Counted from the stretch's first letter, positions 8,471 through 18,320 are shown. The stretch: DNA of 19,957 nucleotides from a bacterium (GCA_036339875.1 JAYZAC010000154.1:1-19957); one strand, 5' to 3'. Notes: a model not told the origin generated them from the sequence alone. Made by a program: numbers and translations.

Positions 8471-9349
8471 TTAGTGCTCCTCCGTTTCTGACCACGGATC
8501 TACATGTACTATTACATCTACCACAGAATCGATTTTCTCTTTCAGAATATCCCTTGCTGAATTAGCAATATCATGACTTTCCCAAACGGATAGGCTGCCA
8601 TCAACCTCAATATCAATTTCAACAGAAAGCTCCAAATTTCCAATATATCGAGTACGAATATTATGAATACCTTTTATTTGAGATAAACTCATTACTTCGA
8701 CTCGAATTTCTTCAACAATTTGTGGCGGAGCAGCTCTGTCGAGAAGTTTTTGAATTGCTGGATAGGCAATTTCATAGGAAGCCTTGAACAGAAAAACAAC
8801 TACTAGTAAGGCGGCAATAGGATCTAGGAAATTCCAACTATTGTCGTAATTACTTATCAATAATGCGATTAGTACAGGAATTGTACTTAATGCATCGGAT
8901 CTATGATGCCAAGCATTAGCTCTTAAAACTTCCGAATTCAATCTTTTAGCGTGCCATATCGTAAAATGAAATAAAAACTCTTTAACTAATAAAGAAAAAA
9001 TTATTACGGCTAAGGCCAGTGGAGAAGGTTGAGATACAGTTTGCTCATGAATACTGTACAAACTCTTAATGAGGATGAAACTAGCCACAATAGCTAACCC
9101 AACCCCAATGACTGCTGTTACTGCGACTTCTATGCGTCGATGACCATGAGGGTGGCATTCGTCTGCGGGCGCCATCCAATATTTTGAAGCCACAAGAATC
9201 ATAAAATCGGACCAGCAGTCAGAAAATGAATGCCAACCATCAGCAACTAAAGCCTGACTGGATGTCAATAAACCGACGTATAATTTTAGAAAACTAATCA
9301 AAAGATTAGCACACAAGCCTATCCAAGTGACCCTTCTCAGATCATCCAT
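8471..9349 (-). CDS. cation diffusion facilitator (CDF) family transporter, FieF-like
   Basis: SQALVADGWHSFSD (TM2 HxxxD), HPHGH, NAWHHRSD (TM5), and a C-terminal dimerisation domain ending VIVHVDP. Confidence 0.93.
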   Translation of the reverse strand: MDDLRRVTWIGLCANLLISFLKLYVGLLTSSQALVADGWHSFSDCWSDFMILVASKYWMAPADECHPHGHRRIEVAVTAVIGVGLAIVASFILIKSLYSIHEQTVSQPSPLALAVIIFSLLVKEFLFHFTIWHAKRLNSEVLRANAWHHRSDALSTIPVLIALLISNYDNSWNFLDPIAALLVVVFLFKASYEIAYPAIQKLLDRAAPPQIVEEIRVEVMSLSQIKGIHNIRTRYIGNLELSVEIDIEVDGSLSVWESHDIANSARDILKEKIDSVVDVIVHVDPWSETEEH

Positions 9350-9370
9350 GTAATTTCTTCACCCTTCTCA

Positions 9371-10345
9371 TTACTTTAATCTGTTCAACTTACTCTTGTT
9401 AAGCATTGGATGACGAACCCTAAGTAATTCCTCAGCAAAATCCAAACGAGCTCTATCTGCCGTCTGTGGATTAGTACGTCTAGCCAATTGGGCCAATTCA
9501 TAAGCTCTTTCAGCATCTCCTAATAAAGAATACAAATCCAACATTGGCATAATTAAATTAAAGCGTTTATCTTGATCAAATTTTTCATTTTCAAGGGCGG
9601 TCTTTAAAAAGCTGATGGCATTGTCTGTAAGATGCCCCTTTTTATTGGCGATCTCAGATGCTGCTAAATGAATCGCTAAGCAAAACATCTGCCAATACTC
9701 GTCTAAGTCGGGACCTTCCAAGTTTAGTTCTGTGTTCTTTACATATTCTATAAGAGGCTTGGCTGAATCTAATAGCTTAACAATTGACCTTTGTATTTTA
9801 CCTCTCTGTCTACGACTAACAAAATCTTTCACATAATTATAGTGATCATAGGCTTTATATAAATCGCCTTGGCCATGCAAAATTTTTCCCAAAATAAATC
9901 TATATTTAGGGTTATCAGAATCAATTTGAATAAGTTGATCAACGATTTTTTTACTTTTCTGAAACTTGCCCTCGCTTAGAAGACTATAAGCATTAAAAAG
10001 TAAATGCTCATTAGGATGTTCTTTTTTCGCTTTTAGCTTAATTTCTTTACATTTCTTGAGAGCTACTACCCCATCTACTGATTTACAAATCATCAATGCC
10101 TTGTATACATTATTATTCAAGTAGTGGGCTTTCGCTTGTAGATAGCGAACTTTATCATCTTCAGGGTTGATTTTTAATAAATAATCGAAGTAATTAATAG
10201 CACTACTAAACTCTTTCTTCCTCGCTAAGTTTACCGCTAGCTGATAAATTTCTTTATAGCGAGCTTCCTCACTAACTGTAACACTTTCAACATCATACTG
10301 AGTCAAAGAAACAACCAATAGAATAATCAATTTAACGTACTTCAT
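9371..10345 (-). CDS. tetratricopeptide repeat protein with signal peptide
   Basis: TPR-like units AINYFDYLLKINPEDDKVRYLQAKAHY and IDSDNPKYRFILGKILHGQGDLYKAYDHY. N-terminus MKYVKLIILLVVSL. Start set at the second ATG because ATG 10351 abuts the -10 box. Confidence 0.8.
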   Translation of the reverse strand: MKYVKLIILLVVSLTQYDVESVTVSEEARYKEIYQLAVNLARKKEFSSAINYFDYLLKINPEDDKVRYLQAKAHYLNNNVYKALMICKSVDGVVALKKCKEIKLKAKKEHPNEHLLFNAYSLLSEGKFQKSKKIVDQLIQIDSDNPKYRFILGKILHGQGDLYKAYDHYNYVKDFVSRRQRGKIQRSIVKLLDSAKPLIEYVKNTELNLEGPDLDEYWQMFCLAIHLAASEIANKKGHLTDNAISFLKTALENEKFDQDKRFNLIMPMLDLYSLLGDAERAYELAQLARRTNPQTADRARLDFAEELLRVRHPMLNKSKLNRLK

Positions 10346-10351
10346 ATACAT

Positions 10352-10380
10352 ATTATAGGCTTCAAGACTGTACTCAACAA
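10352..10380 (-). promoter_or_regulatory. putative sigma70-type promoter (TTGTTG-17-TATAAT), leaderless
   Basis: Consensus TATAAT at 10357-10352, 6 nt before ATG 10345. Confidence 0.6.
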
Positions 10381-10403
10381 GTAAACAACTTAAGACAAGG
10401 CTT

Positions 10404-10412
10404 TGATATAAT
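10404..10412 (+). promoter_or_regulatory. extended -10 promoter (TGaTATAAT), leaderless
   Basis: Perfect TGnTATAAT 7 nt before ATG 10420, with no Shine-Dalgarno. Confidence 0.65.
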
Positions 10413-10419
10413 CCAATGC

Positions 10420-11106
10420 ATGCCAGCCGTGTTTTCTTTTATTATAATTTTGCTTATTTCCACGACACTTTTAGCTCGAGAGGAATTAAAGAGATTTAAT
10501 CATGAAATTTGTAACTCTAAAACTTCACAACTCCTATTCTACGATAAACTTGTATACACAATAAAAAAAACTAGAAAATCTAAAACTTTCAGTCCGCTAG
10601 GTGTTATTGGAAAAGAGAGAATTGAAAGTAGCGAAATTTGGCAGACTTCTGCTCCTTTAGGACATTCTTCCACCGAACAATATTTTCTAAACTCGGGTTA
10701 CAGTCTATTAAAACACAAGACAGGGTTATACCTTATTGAAGGACAAACTGCGGTAATACCAAAAGCTAAATGTGAATTTTCGAATAATGAATCGCATTTT
10801 CAGCCTTGGAATTGCCTAGCTCGATTACAAGATTTATCAGGTAAAACAGTTAATATAAAAATCAAATCTAATCGAAAAAAAATCGACATAGTAATTAATA
10901 AAAATAAGCTCCAATATAAAAATCCGGGAATTTTGAAAGCTGGTATAACGGCTAGATCAGAAACTTCTGCAATGATATGGTTTAACGAAAAAAGCGTCTT
11001 TGTTACTGTGGGTTATTTAAGAAAATTTAATGATTGTAAAAAAGCGCAGAATAAAGATTATCCGAAGTATATTACCAATCAAATTATGGGAGGCGATGAA
11101 TCCTGA
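10420..11106 (+). CDS. hypothetical exported protein
   Basis: 228-aa ORF with signal-peptide-like MPAVFSFIIILLISTTLLA and a basic mature region with 4 Cys. Confidence 0.7.
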   Translation: MPAVFSFIIILLISTTLLAREELKRFNHEICNSKTSQLLFYDKLVYTIKKTRKSKTFSPLGVIGKERIESSEIWQTSAPLGHSSTEQYFLNSGYSLLKHKTGLYLIEGQTAVIPKAKCEFSNNESHFQPWNCLARLQDLSGKTVNIKIKSNRKKIDIVINKNKLQYKNPGILKAGITARSETSAMIWFNEKSVFVTVGYLRKFNDCKKAQNKDYPKYITNQIMGGDES

Positions 11107-12413
11107 AATATCTATTTTTTAATATACTAATTAAGATAATCTTATTATTATTTATTAAGTCTATTTGGTCGTATCCAATTTTTTTAGCGCCTCCCATAAA
11201 CCCAACTCTATGGAAAATTGAATCGCCTACAATTAAACAAGCTCGTGACGCTTACAGTAATTTTGACTATCAAAAATGTCTATCAATCCTCGGTAACAAA
11301 ACAACCAATACTAAACCCTCTAATCAAAATGCTTGGTTAAAAATCGAATTACGAATTATGAGCTGGGTTCAGTTAGGTAATATAAAAAAAAGCCGCCATC
11401 AATTAGCAGTCCTCAGAACAGTCTTGGACTCTCAAGAAGATCTAATTAGATTAGGGCTTTTATCGGCTATTGCCCAATTGTGGGCCGGCGAAGATGACCC
11501 GCGGCACTGCGTAAAAAAATTAAGGAATTTACGTTTTCAATTGAAAAGCATCAATAATAATAATTTGGAGATAATTGCAGAAATGTGTCATCTGTCTTAT
11601 CTCTGGCGTGAAGAACGAATTGAAGACATGCCAATTTCATTAAGAAATCTAGAAAAAAAACTTGGTAAGCTATTCAATTCGAAGCATCCTTCTTGGAAGA
11701 CTTACCATGTTTACAAAATCTTGGTTCAAACTATGAAATACGAAGCTCAGAATCGATATATCTTTCCTCTGTTTGATCAAATTGACAAGGCAAATTTTAC
11801 ATCCAAATTACAAAGTAGATTTTATAAACAAGCGACTAGAGGCTTTTGCTACATATATAAAGGTGAAACTGGTCGAGGCCTCAGGCATCTAGAGTCTCTG
11901 CTAGATTTATTTGAAAAAAATATTGGTAAATCATCTCCTTCAACTCTCCAGTTTGGTATCAAATTGGGTAATATACTCTGGGATAACAATCAATTTATTA
12001 CTGCTTATAATTTAGCCCATCGTCTTCATAAGATTTGTAATAAAACCTTTGGTCCAAAATCACGAATAACTATTAAATACCGAATTCTACTTGCAAAATG
12101 TATGATGAGAATGCGACGTTCATCTGAGGCTTTAAGTCTTCTAACCACCATTCACAAAAAGTTAGACCTTACTAAACAAATTCGACTTGCAGCTGAAATT
12201 CATCTTCAACTCTGTAGACTTTTTATGGAAAAAGACCAATACATAAAGTCCGAAAATCATCTCAACTCAGGAAGAGCGATCGCTTCTCGCCACTACTATT
12301 CCAGCCATAGTATTATAGAAGAATTTCAACGCTTGGCTATCGTTCTTAGAAATCGAAAAAATATGCGTAATAATCAAATAATATCCCCTATAAAAACAAT
12401 TCTTGTCGAATAA
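11103..12413 (+). CDS. TPR-like repeat protein, probably exported; likely CTG start
   Basis: The frame of the 11358 ORF is open back to TGA at 11097-11099. CTG at 11103 has GGAGG 9 nt upstream. C-terminal repeats resemble kinesin-light-chain-type TPRs (LFEKNIGKSSPST, ICNKTFGPKSRIT). Confidence 0.65.
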   Translation: MKYLFFNILIKIILLLFIKSIWSYPIFLAPPINPTLWKIESPTIKQARDAYSNFDYQKCLSILGNKTTNTKPSNQNAWLKIELRIMSWVQLGNIKKSRHQLAVLRTVLDSQEDLIRLGLLSAIAQLWAGEDDPRHCVKKLRNLRFQLKSINNNNLEIIAEMCHLSYLWREERIEDMPISLRNLEKKLGKLFNSKHPSWKTYHVYKILVQTMKYEAQNRYIFPLFDQIDKANFTSKLQSRFYKQATRGFCYIYKGETGRGLRHLESLLDLFEKNIGKSSPSTLQFGIKLGNILWDNNQFITAYNLAHRLHKICNKTFGPKSRITIKYRILLAKCMMRMRRSSEALSLLTTIHKKLDLTKQIRLAAEIHLQLCRLFMEKDQYIKSENHLNSGRAIASRHYYSSHSIIEEFQRLAIVLRNRKNMRNNQIISPIKTILVE

Positions 12414-12420
12414 TCTAATT

Positions 12421-12909
12421 ATGAATAAAGTAATAATAATTGTCATTCTTATCTTAGCAGCTGGTTATCTATTCTTTCTGAAGACAATTGACCAAATGCC
12501 CTCAGAATACAAGACTCTCAAAAAGATTGAATTAGATTTACATCAAAAACATAAGAATTTAATTTCTAAACTTTCTTCCGATTCTCAAACCGATAAAAAA
12601 GAATTAGCTAATGAGTATTTAGTAGATTCCAAAATATGGATATTAGAACTTCAAGAACTTGCCCAAAACTACAAGACAATTGGCAAAGGTCTAAGTATGC
12701 GAAAACGTAGTCGCCTCGCTGGCGAAGCCCTCAAAATAAAGAGTCAGATTAAACTTATCAAGCAAACACAAATTATGTTAAAAAACGCCTTGGATGGTAA
12801 GGTCTTACCAGAACACGAAAAACTTCTAAAATTCGATAAAGACAGTGCATACCGAAAAATCTTCATGAATATTCCATCTAAAAATAGTAAAGGTTTTGAG
12901 AAACCATAG
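12421..12909 (+). CDS. hypothetical N-terminally membrane-anchored helical protein
   Basis: MNKVIIIVILILAAGYLFF anchor followed by coiled-coil-like sequence. The ATG is 7 nt after the upstream stop; the ORF track start is TTG 12403. Confidence 0.7.
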   Translation: MNKVIIIVILILAAGYLFFLKTIDQMPSEYKTLKKIELDLHQKHKNLISKLSSDSQTDKKELANEYLVDSKIWILELQELAQNYKTIGKGLSMRKRSRLAGEALKIKSQIKLIKQTQIMLKNALDGKVLPEHEKLLKFDKDSAYRKIFMNIPSKNSKGFEKP

Positions 12910-13020
12910 CGCCATCATTCGATGGGACCATCACCTATAATTAGATTTAGATAAAGGACTTTTAGTTTTTATGACTCAAAGTAACAGTAATAACTCGACC
13001 TATCTTTTTTTAAACATCAC

Positions 13021-13049
13021 TTGATTTAATCAGCTTACTAATCCACTAT
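13021..13049 (+). promoter_or_regulatory. putative sigma70-type promoter (TTGATT-17-CACTAT), leaderless
   Basis: 17-nt spacing, ATG 13056 lies 6 nt downstream, no Shine-Dalgarno. Confidence 0.45.
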
Positions 13050-13055
13050 TGCCCC

Positions 13056-13559
13056 ATGAAAGTTTTATTATTCTTATTTCTATTTAGTAGCCTCTTCGCG
13101 CAAGCTGATTTTTTTCCTAGTGTTTCTGGTAAAACATTAAATGGGGATGAATTTATAATGCCACAGAGTCTAGAAAAACCAACTAACATTTTAGTCGTAG
13201 CTTTCAAGCATTCTCAGCAAGAAATGGTTGATACGTGGTTGAAACCTTTATCACAAATAGAACTTGAAAATAAAAAGGTAAAGTATTACGAGTTTCCCGT
13301 GATGGCAAGAATGGGCAGCTGGAAGCGCTGGATGATCTATAACGGTATGAAAATGGGTATTAGAGACACAGAACAGAGGTCCCGGACTGTAAGTTTTCAT
13401 ATTGATAAACAACCTTTTAAGGAAGCACTCAAAATCGCTAATGAGGATAACATTCATCTTTTTATTGTAATGCAAGATGGATCAATCAAGGGAGTAGTGG
13501 AGGGTGTTTACAGTTCAGATAAGTTACGATCTCTACGTCAGCTCCTTATTAATCGTTGA
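13056..13559 (+). CDS. ATP10-like thioredoxin-fold protein with signal peptide
   Basis: FPSVSGKTLNG, ILVVAF...QQEMVDTW, YYEFPVM, GMKMGI and IHLFIVMQDGSI recall bacterial ATP10-like proteins. The protein has no Cys. Confidence 0.65.
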   Translation: MKVLLFLFLFSSLFAQADFFPSVSGKTLNGDEFIMPQSLEKPTNILVVAFKHSQQEMVDTWLKPLSQIELENKKVKYYEFPVMARMGSWKRWMIYNGMKMGIRDTEQRSRTVSFHIDKQPFKEALKIANEDNIHLFIVMQDGSIKGVVEGVYSSDKLRSLRQLLINR

Positions 13560-13600
13560 TATTTACAATAAACTTTTACCGTAGGTATCTAAGTTATGCA

Positions 13601-13629
13601 TTGGAAACAGGAGTTGGAGAGGCTACAAT
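13601..13629 (+). promoter_or_regulatory. putative sigma70-type promoter (TTGGAA-17-TACAAT), leaderless
   Basis: -10 at 13624-13629, 7 nt before ATG 13637. Confidence 0.55.
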
Positions 13630-13636
13630 AATATCA

Positions 13637-14521
13637 ATGCACTTCATAAGATCAATTATTACTAGCCTATTTCTTGTTCAGCTATCTTATTCTGATGATC
13701 CGAATTGGAGGGTTCTAAGAGTTATTGAGCAAACGCAACCATTCAATTCTCTTAATTCTATTTATAGAAAAGAAGCCGTTAAAAAATTTTGGTCAGAGAA
13801 TGCAAAAGTAATGGAAGAAATTACTGAGAATTGGGATGTCTTACTAAAAAGTTCTAAAACACGTAAATGGAAAGCATACCTCAGAACTAATCCTAGCGTT
13901 AATAATTATATTCAGGATTTTGTACAAAATTGGGTTAGAAATTTGATCTCTACAAATAAGTACGTTCAAAATGAGATTTCTAAAGTTGATACGTTGGCAT
14001 ATCAAAAATTAGTACAGCAAAACTCACAACCTGAAAGACTAGAAGAAATTTTAAATTGGGAAGAAGAACACAAAGATGCATTTCAATTAATTCAAGAATT
14101 TGAAAAGGAAGCCCTCACTAACGGAAGTTTATTACCTTCTTTTGAAAAAAAACCTATGGTAAAAGAATCTCCTGAAATATCCTCCAAAAAAATCAAATCT
14201 GTTCGAAAGAAAAGAAAAAATAATCGTCAAATAAAATTAAAAATGAATCAGCTTGAAAAGAAGATTCGGCTCGAAAAAATGAAAACTGTAAACGATCGCG
14301 TAACCGCAGAGATCAACCGTCAAGCCAAAGAATTTATGCAAAGTGAAGCAATGAAAAATGGATTCAGAGGATCTACAGCAGCTAAAAACCGTGCTTTCGT
14401 TGAACAGTCTATTCGCGAAACAACACTTCGTTGGCGCGGACAAGATATCGAAAAAAAAATACGAGCCGAAATCGAGACTGAGATTCAAGCCGAGCTTAAA
14501 AAACAGATTAGCGGATACTAG
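13637..14521 (+). CDS. hypothetical exported helical/coiled-coil protein
   Basis: ATG 13637 gives signal-like [19 protein letters not shown]. The C-terminal half is Lys/Glu-rich. The ORF track start is TTG 13556. Confidence 0.7.
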   Translation: MHFIRSIITSLFLVQLSYSDDPNWRVLRVIEQTQPFNSLNSIYRKEAVKKFWSENAKVMEEITENWDVLLKSSKTRKWKAYLRTNPSVNNYIQDFVQNWVRNLISTNKYVQNEISKVDTLAYQKLVQQNSQPERLEEILNWEEEHKDAFQLIQEFEKEALTNGSLLPSFEKKPMVKESPEISSKKIKSVRKKRKNNRQIKLKMNQLEKKIRLEKMKTVNDRVTAEINRQAKEFMQSEAMKNGFRGSTAAKNRAFVEQSIRETTLRWRGQDIEKKIRAEIETEIQAELKKQISGY

Positions 14522-15279
14522 TTTTTAAGTCGATAGCCCGTCTTAAAAATCCATGCTACAGTAAAAAAACAAATAGTAAGGAATCCTAGAATCATAGTCA
14601 AACTTACCCAAAGACTCACTTCGGCAACGCCGTAAAAACTCCATCGAAAACCACTGATTAGATAGACCACAGGATTCAGCATCGATACTTTTTGCCAAAA
14701 CTCTGGCAAAATATTTATGGAATAAAAGCTACCACCAAGAAAAGATAATGGAGTAATTACCAATAGCGGTATCACCTGTAATTTTTCAAAGCCATCTGCC
14801 CAGATTCCAATGATAAATCCCAACATGCTGAAAGTAATTGCAGTCAAAATTAAAAAACCTAGCATGTAGATAGGATACTTAATTTCAAAAGGAACAAAGA
14901 AAGTCGATGTAAGCAAGATTATAAGACCAATTATAACTGATTTACTTGCCGCTGCACCCACATACCCAAGCAGGACTTCAACGAATGAAATTGGTGCCGA
15001 AAGAATCTCATATATTGTGCCACTATACTGGGGAAAATAAATACCAAAGGATGCATTTGATACACTTGTTGTTAGCACAGTCATCATCATCAGGCCAGGA
15101 ACGATAAATGCACCATAAGGTACCCCTGCCATATATTCGTTCTCCCCTCCCATTGCTGCACCAAAAACAACAAAATAGAGTGTTGTCGAAATTACGGGGG
15201 AGATAATACTTTGGCCTACTGTGCGAAAAGCCCGGTTCATTTCAAATTTATAAATACTTTTAATCGCCTGGTAATTCAC
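14518..15279 (-). CDS. ABC-2 type transporter permease (YadH-like)
   Basis: [39 protein letters not shown] and [16 protein letters not shown] overlap with the ATPase gene. Confidence 0.92.
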   Translation of the reverse strand: MNYQAIKSIYKFEMNRAFRTVGQSIISPVISTTLYFVVFGAAMGGENEYMAGVPYGAFIVPGLMMMTVLTTSVSNASFGIYFPQYSGTIYEILSAPISFVEVLLGYVGAAASKSVIIGLIILLTSTFFVPFEIKYPIYMLGFLILTAITFSMLGFIIGIWADGFEKLQVIPLLVITPLSFLGGSFYSINILPEFWQKVSMLNPVVYLISGFRWSFYGVAEVSLWVSLTMILGFLTICFFTVAWIFKTGYRLKN

Positions 15280-16193
15280 TGATTTACTAGCTCCACAAAA
15301 ATTTGTTCTAAACTACTTTCTTGGGTAGATAAATTCTTTACACGTAATCCAGAGGAGACTATATGCTCGAGTATGGCCGAAACCCCTCCATCGCCACGCG
15401 AGTCATACTCAAACTCTAAGCGATAGCCCGAATCTGAAAGGTTTATACTATAACCTTTTAGAGAGTCTGGAACTGATATAAGAGGTTGCTCCAGTTCAAT
15501 GCTTAAAGATTTCTTACCCAATTTTTGTACTAAAGTTTTTTTATCTTCTGTAATAATTATTTTTCCGTTGTTTATTACCCCGATGCGATCCGCCATTTCT
15601 TCAGCTTCTTCGATATAATGAGTCGTTAGAATAATCGTAACTCCGGATGCTCTTAAATCTGCAACTTGTTGCCACATCGCTTTTCTAAGCTCAACATCAA
15701 CACCAGCCGTAGGTTCATCTAAAAATAAGATTTTAGGCTCATGAGATAGCGCCTTGGCAATCATTACTCGTCGTTTCATTCCTCCAGATAACTCAAGTAT
15801 ACGACTGTCTTTTTTATCCCAGAGCGAGAGTTTTTTCAGAATATCTTCAATCAAACCGGGATTCGGCTGCTTACCAAACAAACCACGACTAAATGTGACA
15901 GCATTCCATACTGATTCAAAAGTATCAGTAGCAAGTTCTTGTGGCACTAATCCTATGAGAGATCTAGCCCGCTTATAGTCGCTATGTATATCAAATCCGT
16001 CAACGGTCACTGATCCAGAACTAAGATTAAGAATACCGCAAATAATTCCAATAAGAGTTGTCTTACCTGCTCCATTAGGGCCCAGTAAAGCAAAAATCTC
16101 ACCTTCTTGAATTTCTAAATTAATTTTAGAAAGTGCTTTAAAACCGCCCGCATAAGTTTTACTTAATTCTTTTATTTCCAGTATTGCGGACAT
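15276..16193 (-). CDS. ABC transporter ATP-binding protein (YadG-like)
   Basis: Walker [10 protein letters not shown], signature LSGGM, Walker B ILFLDEPT and H-loop LTTHY. Confidence 0.95.
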   Translation of the reverse strand: MSAILEIKELSKTYAGGFKALSKINLEIQEGEIFALLGPNGAGKTTLIGIICGILNLSSGSVTVDGFDIHSDYKRARSLIGLVPQELATDTFESVWNAVTFSRGLFGKQPNPGLIEDILKKLSLWDKKDSRILELSGGMKRRVMIAKALSHEPKILFLDEPTAGVDVELRKAMWQQVADLRASGVTIILTTHYIEEAEEMADRIGVINNGKIIITEDKKTLVQKLGKKSLSIELEQPLISVPDSLKGYSINLSDSGYRLEFEYDSRGDGGVSAILEHIVSSGLRVKNLSTQESSLEQIFVELVNQ

Positions 16194-16194
16194 C

Positions 16195-17124
16195 TCAAGC
16201 CTCTAGGTGACGACTAATTTTTTTTCCTACATGTAGAATCTTTTCGATTAGGGCACCAAATATGAGTCCACTAAAAATTAAACTCAATGATTTCGCTGTA
16301 AAGGATAACCAAGGCTTACTAACTAGTTCCTGTTTTAGAGCCTCAAGTAAATGATGGAATACCGGTATTCCGTGTACTATTATCTCGGCACCTACTAGTA
16401 GCATTGCCGCTGTACCAACATAACTCAATACCGATAATACGTAAGGCATTGACTGAACTAAGCCTCTACCGATGAGCTTTACAGTATCACCCCCGTCTGT
16501 TTTTTTAGCGAGATACAATCCAAAGTCATCCACCTTGACAAGAAATGCCACAAATCCATAAACAACAAGAGTAATCAGTATAGCTACACAAAGAAGTACC
16601 GCAATCTGGTTAATGAGCGGATTCTCAAGTACTGTAGAGTATGTAATGGCTACAATTTCGGCTGAAAGAATAAAATCTGTTCTAACTGCACTTTTTATTC
16701 TTAACTTTTCAAGATCCTCAGGAGAAATCTTGTCTAAAGTCTCTGCGTTTTGATTTTTTTCACCTTTAGAGAAAAAAATATCGTGAACTTTCTCATAGCC
16801 CTCGAAACACAAAAAGGCTCCACCAATCATCAGTAAGGGTGTAATTATCCAAGGTGCCATATAGCCCAAAATCATTACTATCGGACTCAATACAAAAAGC
16901 TTATAAAACAATGAACTTCGAGCAATATGAAAAATTATAATTAATTCTCTACTGGGGTCTAAGCCAACCACATACTTGGGCGTAACCGCGGCATCATCAA
17001 TAACGATTCCAGCAACTCTAGAAGTGGTCTTTGCCACCTGCGTAGGAACATCATCTAAACTTGCAGCGGTAGCTTTCAAAAGAGCAGACACATCATCTAG
17101 TATTGCTAGCAAACCACTACTCAT
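16195..17124 (-). CDS. DUF808 family (YedI-like) inner membrane protein
   Basis: [37 protein letters not shown] and [15 protein letters not shown] ribosome-binding site upstream. Confidence 0.88.
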   Translation of the reverse strand: MSSGLLAILDDVSALLKATAASLDDVPTQVAKTTSRVAGIVIDDAAVTPKYVVGLDPSRELIIIFHIARSSLFYKLFVLSPIVMILGYMAPWIITPLLMIGGAFLCFEGYEKVHDIFFSKGEKNQNAETLDKISPEDLEKLRIKSAVRTDFILSAEIVAITYSTVLENPLINQIAVLLCVAILITLVVYGFVAFLVKVDDFGLYLAKKTDGGDTVKLIGRGLVQSMPYVLSVLSYVGTAAMLLVGAEIIVHGIPVFHHLLEALKQELVSKPWLSFTAKSLSLIFSGLIFGALIEKILHVGKKISRHLEA

Positions 17125-17201
17125 TAAATTCTCCCTAGCTCAAGTAAGCTTAGCTTTCGGCCAAATAAAAAAAGTTAGTTTAGATAATGAAAAACAAGGA
17201 G

Positions 17202-17232
17202 TAAAGCCAAATCTGTTTAGATTTTGACTTTA
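17202..17232 (-). terminator. possible intrinsic terminator downstream of the DUF5995-like gene
   Basis: Imperfect AT-rich hairpin TAAAGTCAAAATCT-AAAC-AGATTTGGCTTTA on the minus strand. The U tract is displaced by several bases. Confidence 0.3.
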
Positions 17233-17248
17233 TAAAATCAAGGGTAAG

Positions 17249-18235
17249 CTATTGGGAACCAAATTCATTCAGATCTTCGAAAAAATCATTCGATTTTAAC
17301 ACTGCTTCATCTTGCTCCGTCGCGTCACAATTAGAATACGAAAATGACCAACCGTCTTTAGCAAAATAAACTCCACTTTTGAATAATTGCTGGTAAGCCC
17401 ACCATTCGGTTTTCTCTTTCCAATGATGTGAAGTAATTTCTATCTGATCAGGAACTGGTAAGCTTTCATCTTTAATCCATGGCGCAATATCTTGAGCGTC
17501 TTCCCATGCTTCGTTTCTTAGATAATGTATCGAAAAATTACCAAATCGGCTGTGACCGTCTTCGTTTTTCCAGTTCTTCAAGACAAATCCTTTTAATAAA
17601 GCTGTCGCTGAGTCTCGATTGACTCCATAACTAACAACTAACGAATCGATAACTCTATCAATATTCCCAATTAAACTGTCTCCCATTTTCACGTAATCTG
17701 CTTCATTACTAGCTCTCATTTTAGACTTTAAAATGGCATCAATGAGATCTAGAGTAATATGAGTATTAATGGCAGTCGAGAGCACAAATAGAGGATGTAC
17801 TTCAAAATTTTCAGCATACTCGAAATATTTCTTCCATTGCGGTTTTAAGAGTTTCTTATCATCTGAGTCTTCACCAAAATAACCTCGTAAGCTATTTAAG
17901 TAAGTTTTAGCAAATTCAATAATCAATCGACGCATGGCGGTAACGTCTTCAAATATCCCCTCTTTACTAAGCTCTTGAAGCCCACCTTCGGTAACTACAG
18001 CATAAACTGTAGCGAAGAGCCCTCTACGGTCTTGAGCAGCCACGAACAAATCTCTGATTTCCTTTATTCTTACATCAAATTCTTCAACATCTGTATCTCC
18101 GAGAGTCGAAATATCAGCGAGTTCAAGAATTCTACTGATCTCTGTAGAATCCTTTGATAGCAAGGCGCAAGTACTCGCCTTCAATACAACTGATGACGCA
18201 ATAATTAGAAAACCAAATGTAAGTAGGAACTTCAT
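17249..18235 (-). CDS. DUF5995-like helical protein with signal peptide
   Basis: DRRGLFATVYAVVT, FED...FAKTY, a conserved Trp and AINTHITLDL resemble the DUF5995 NAHIxxDL pattern. N-terminus MKFLLTFGFLIIASSVVLKA. Confidence 0.65.
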   Translation of the reverse strand: MKFLLTFGFLIIASSVVLKASTCALLSKDSTEISRILELADISTLGDTDVEEFDVRIKEIRDLFVAAQDRRGLFATVYAVVTEGGLQELSKEGIFEDVTAMRRLIIEFAKTYLNSLRGYFGEDSDDKKLLKPQWKKYFEYAENFEVHPLFVLSTAINTHITLDLIDAILKSKMRASNEADYVKMGDSLIGNIDRVIDSLVVSYGVNRDSATALLKGFVLKNWKNEDGHSRFGNFSIHYLRNEAWEDAQDIAPWIKDESLPVPDQIEITSHHWKEKTEWWAYQQLFKSGVYFAKDGWSFSYSNCDATEQDEAVLKSNDFFEDLNEFGSQ

Positions 18236-18320
18236 ATTAATTCGTACGAATATCAGTCATTGTATGTTTCGACGATTAAAAAAATATAAAAGCAACTTTT
18301 TAAAAAATACTGACTAACAG

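Noticed and set aside
8471..9349. Magnetosome MamB/MamM assignment for the CDF transporter, with the adjacent TPR gene as MamA
   Set aside because: No other magnetosome genes are present and the TPR protein has a signal peptide. A generic CDF explains the motifs.
12912..12925. CCATC-ATTC-GATGG hairpin after the 12909 stop
   Set aside because: Only a 5-bp stem and no U tract, which is insufficient for a terminator call.
13251..14488. Minus-strand ORFs 13251-13475 and 14237-14488
   Set aside because: Fully nested antisense to longer, better supported genes.
15754..18157. Plus-strand ORFs 15754-15978, 16976-17227 and 17975-18157
   Set aside because: Antisense to the ABC ATPase, DUF808 and DUF5995-like genes, with no recognisable motifs.
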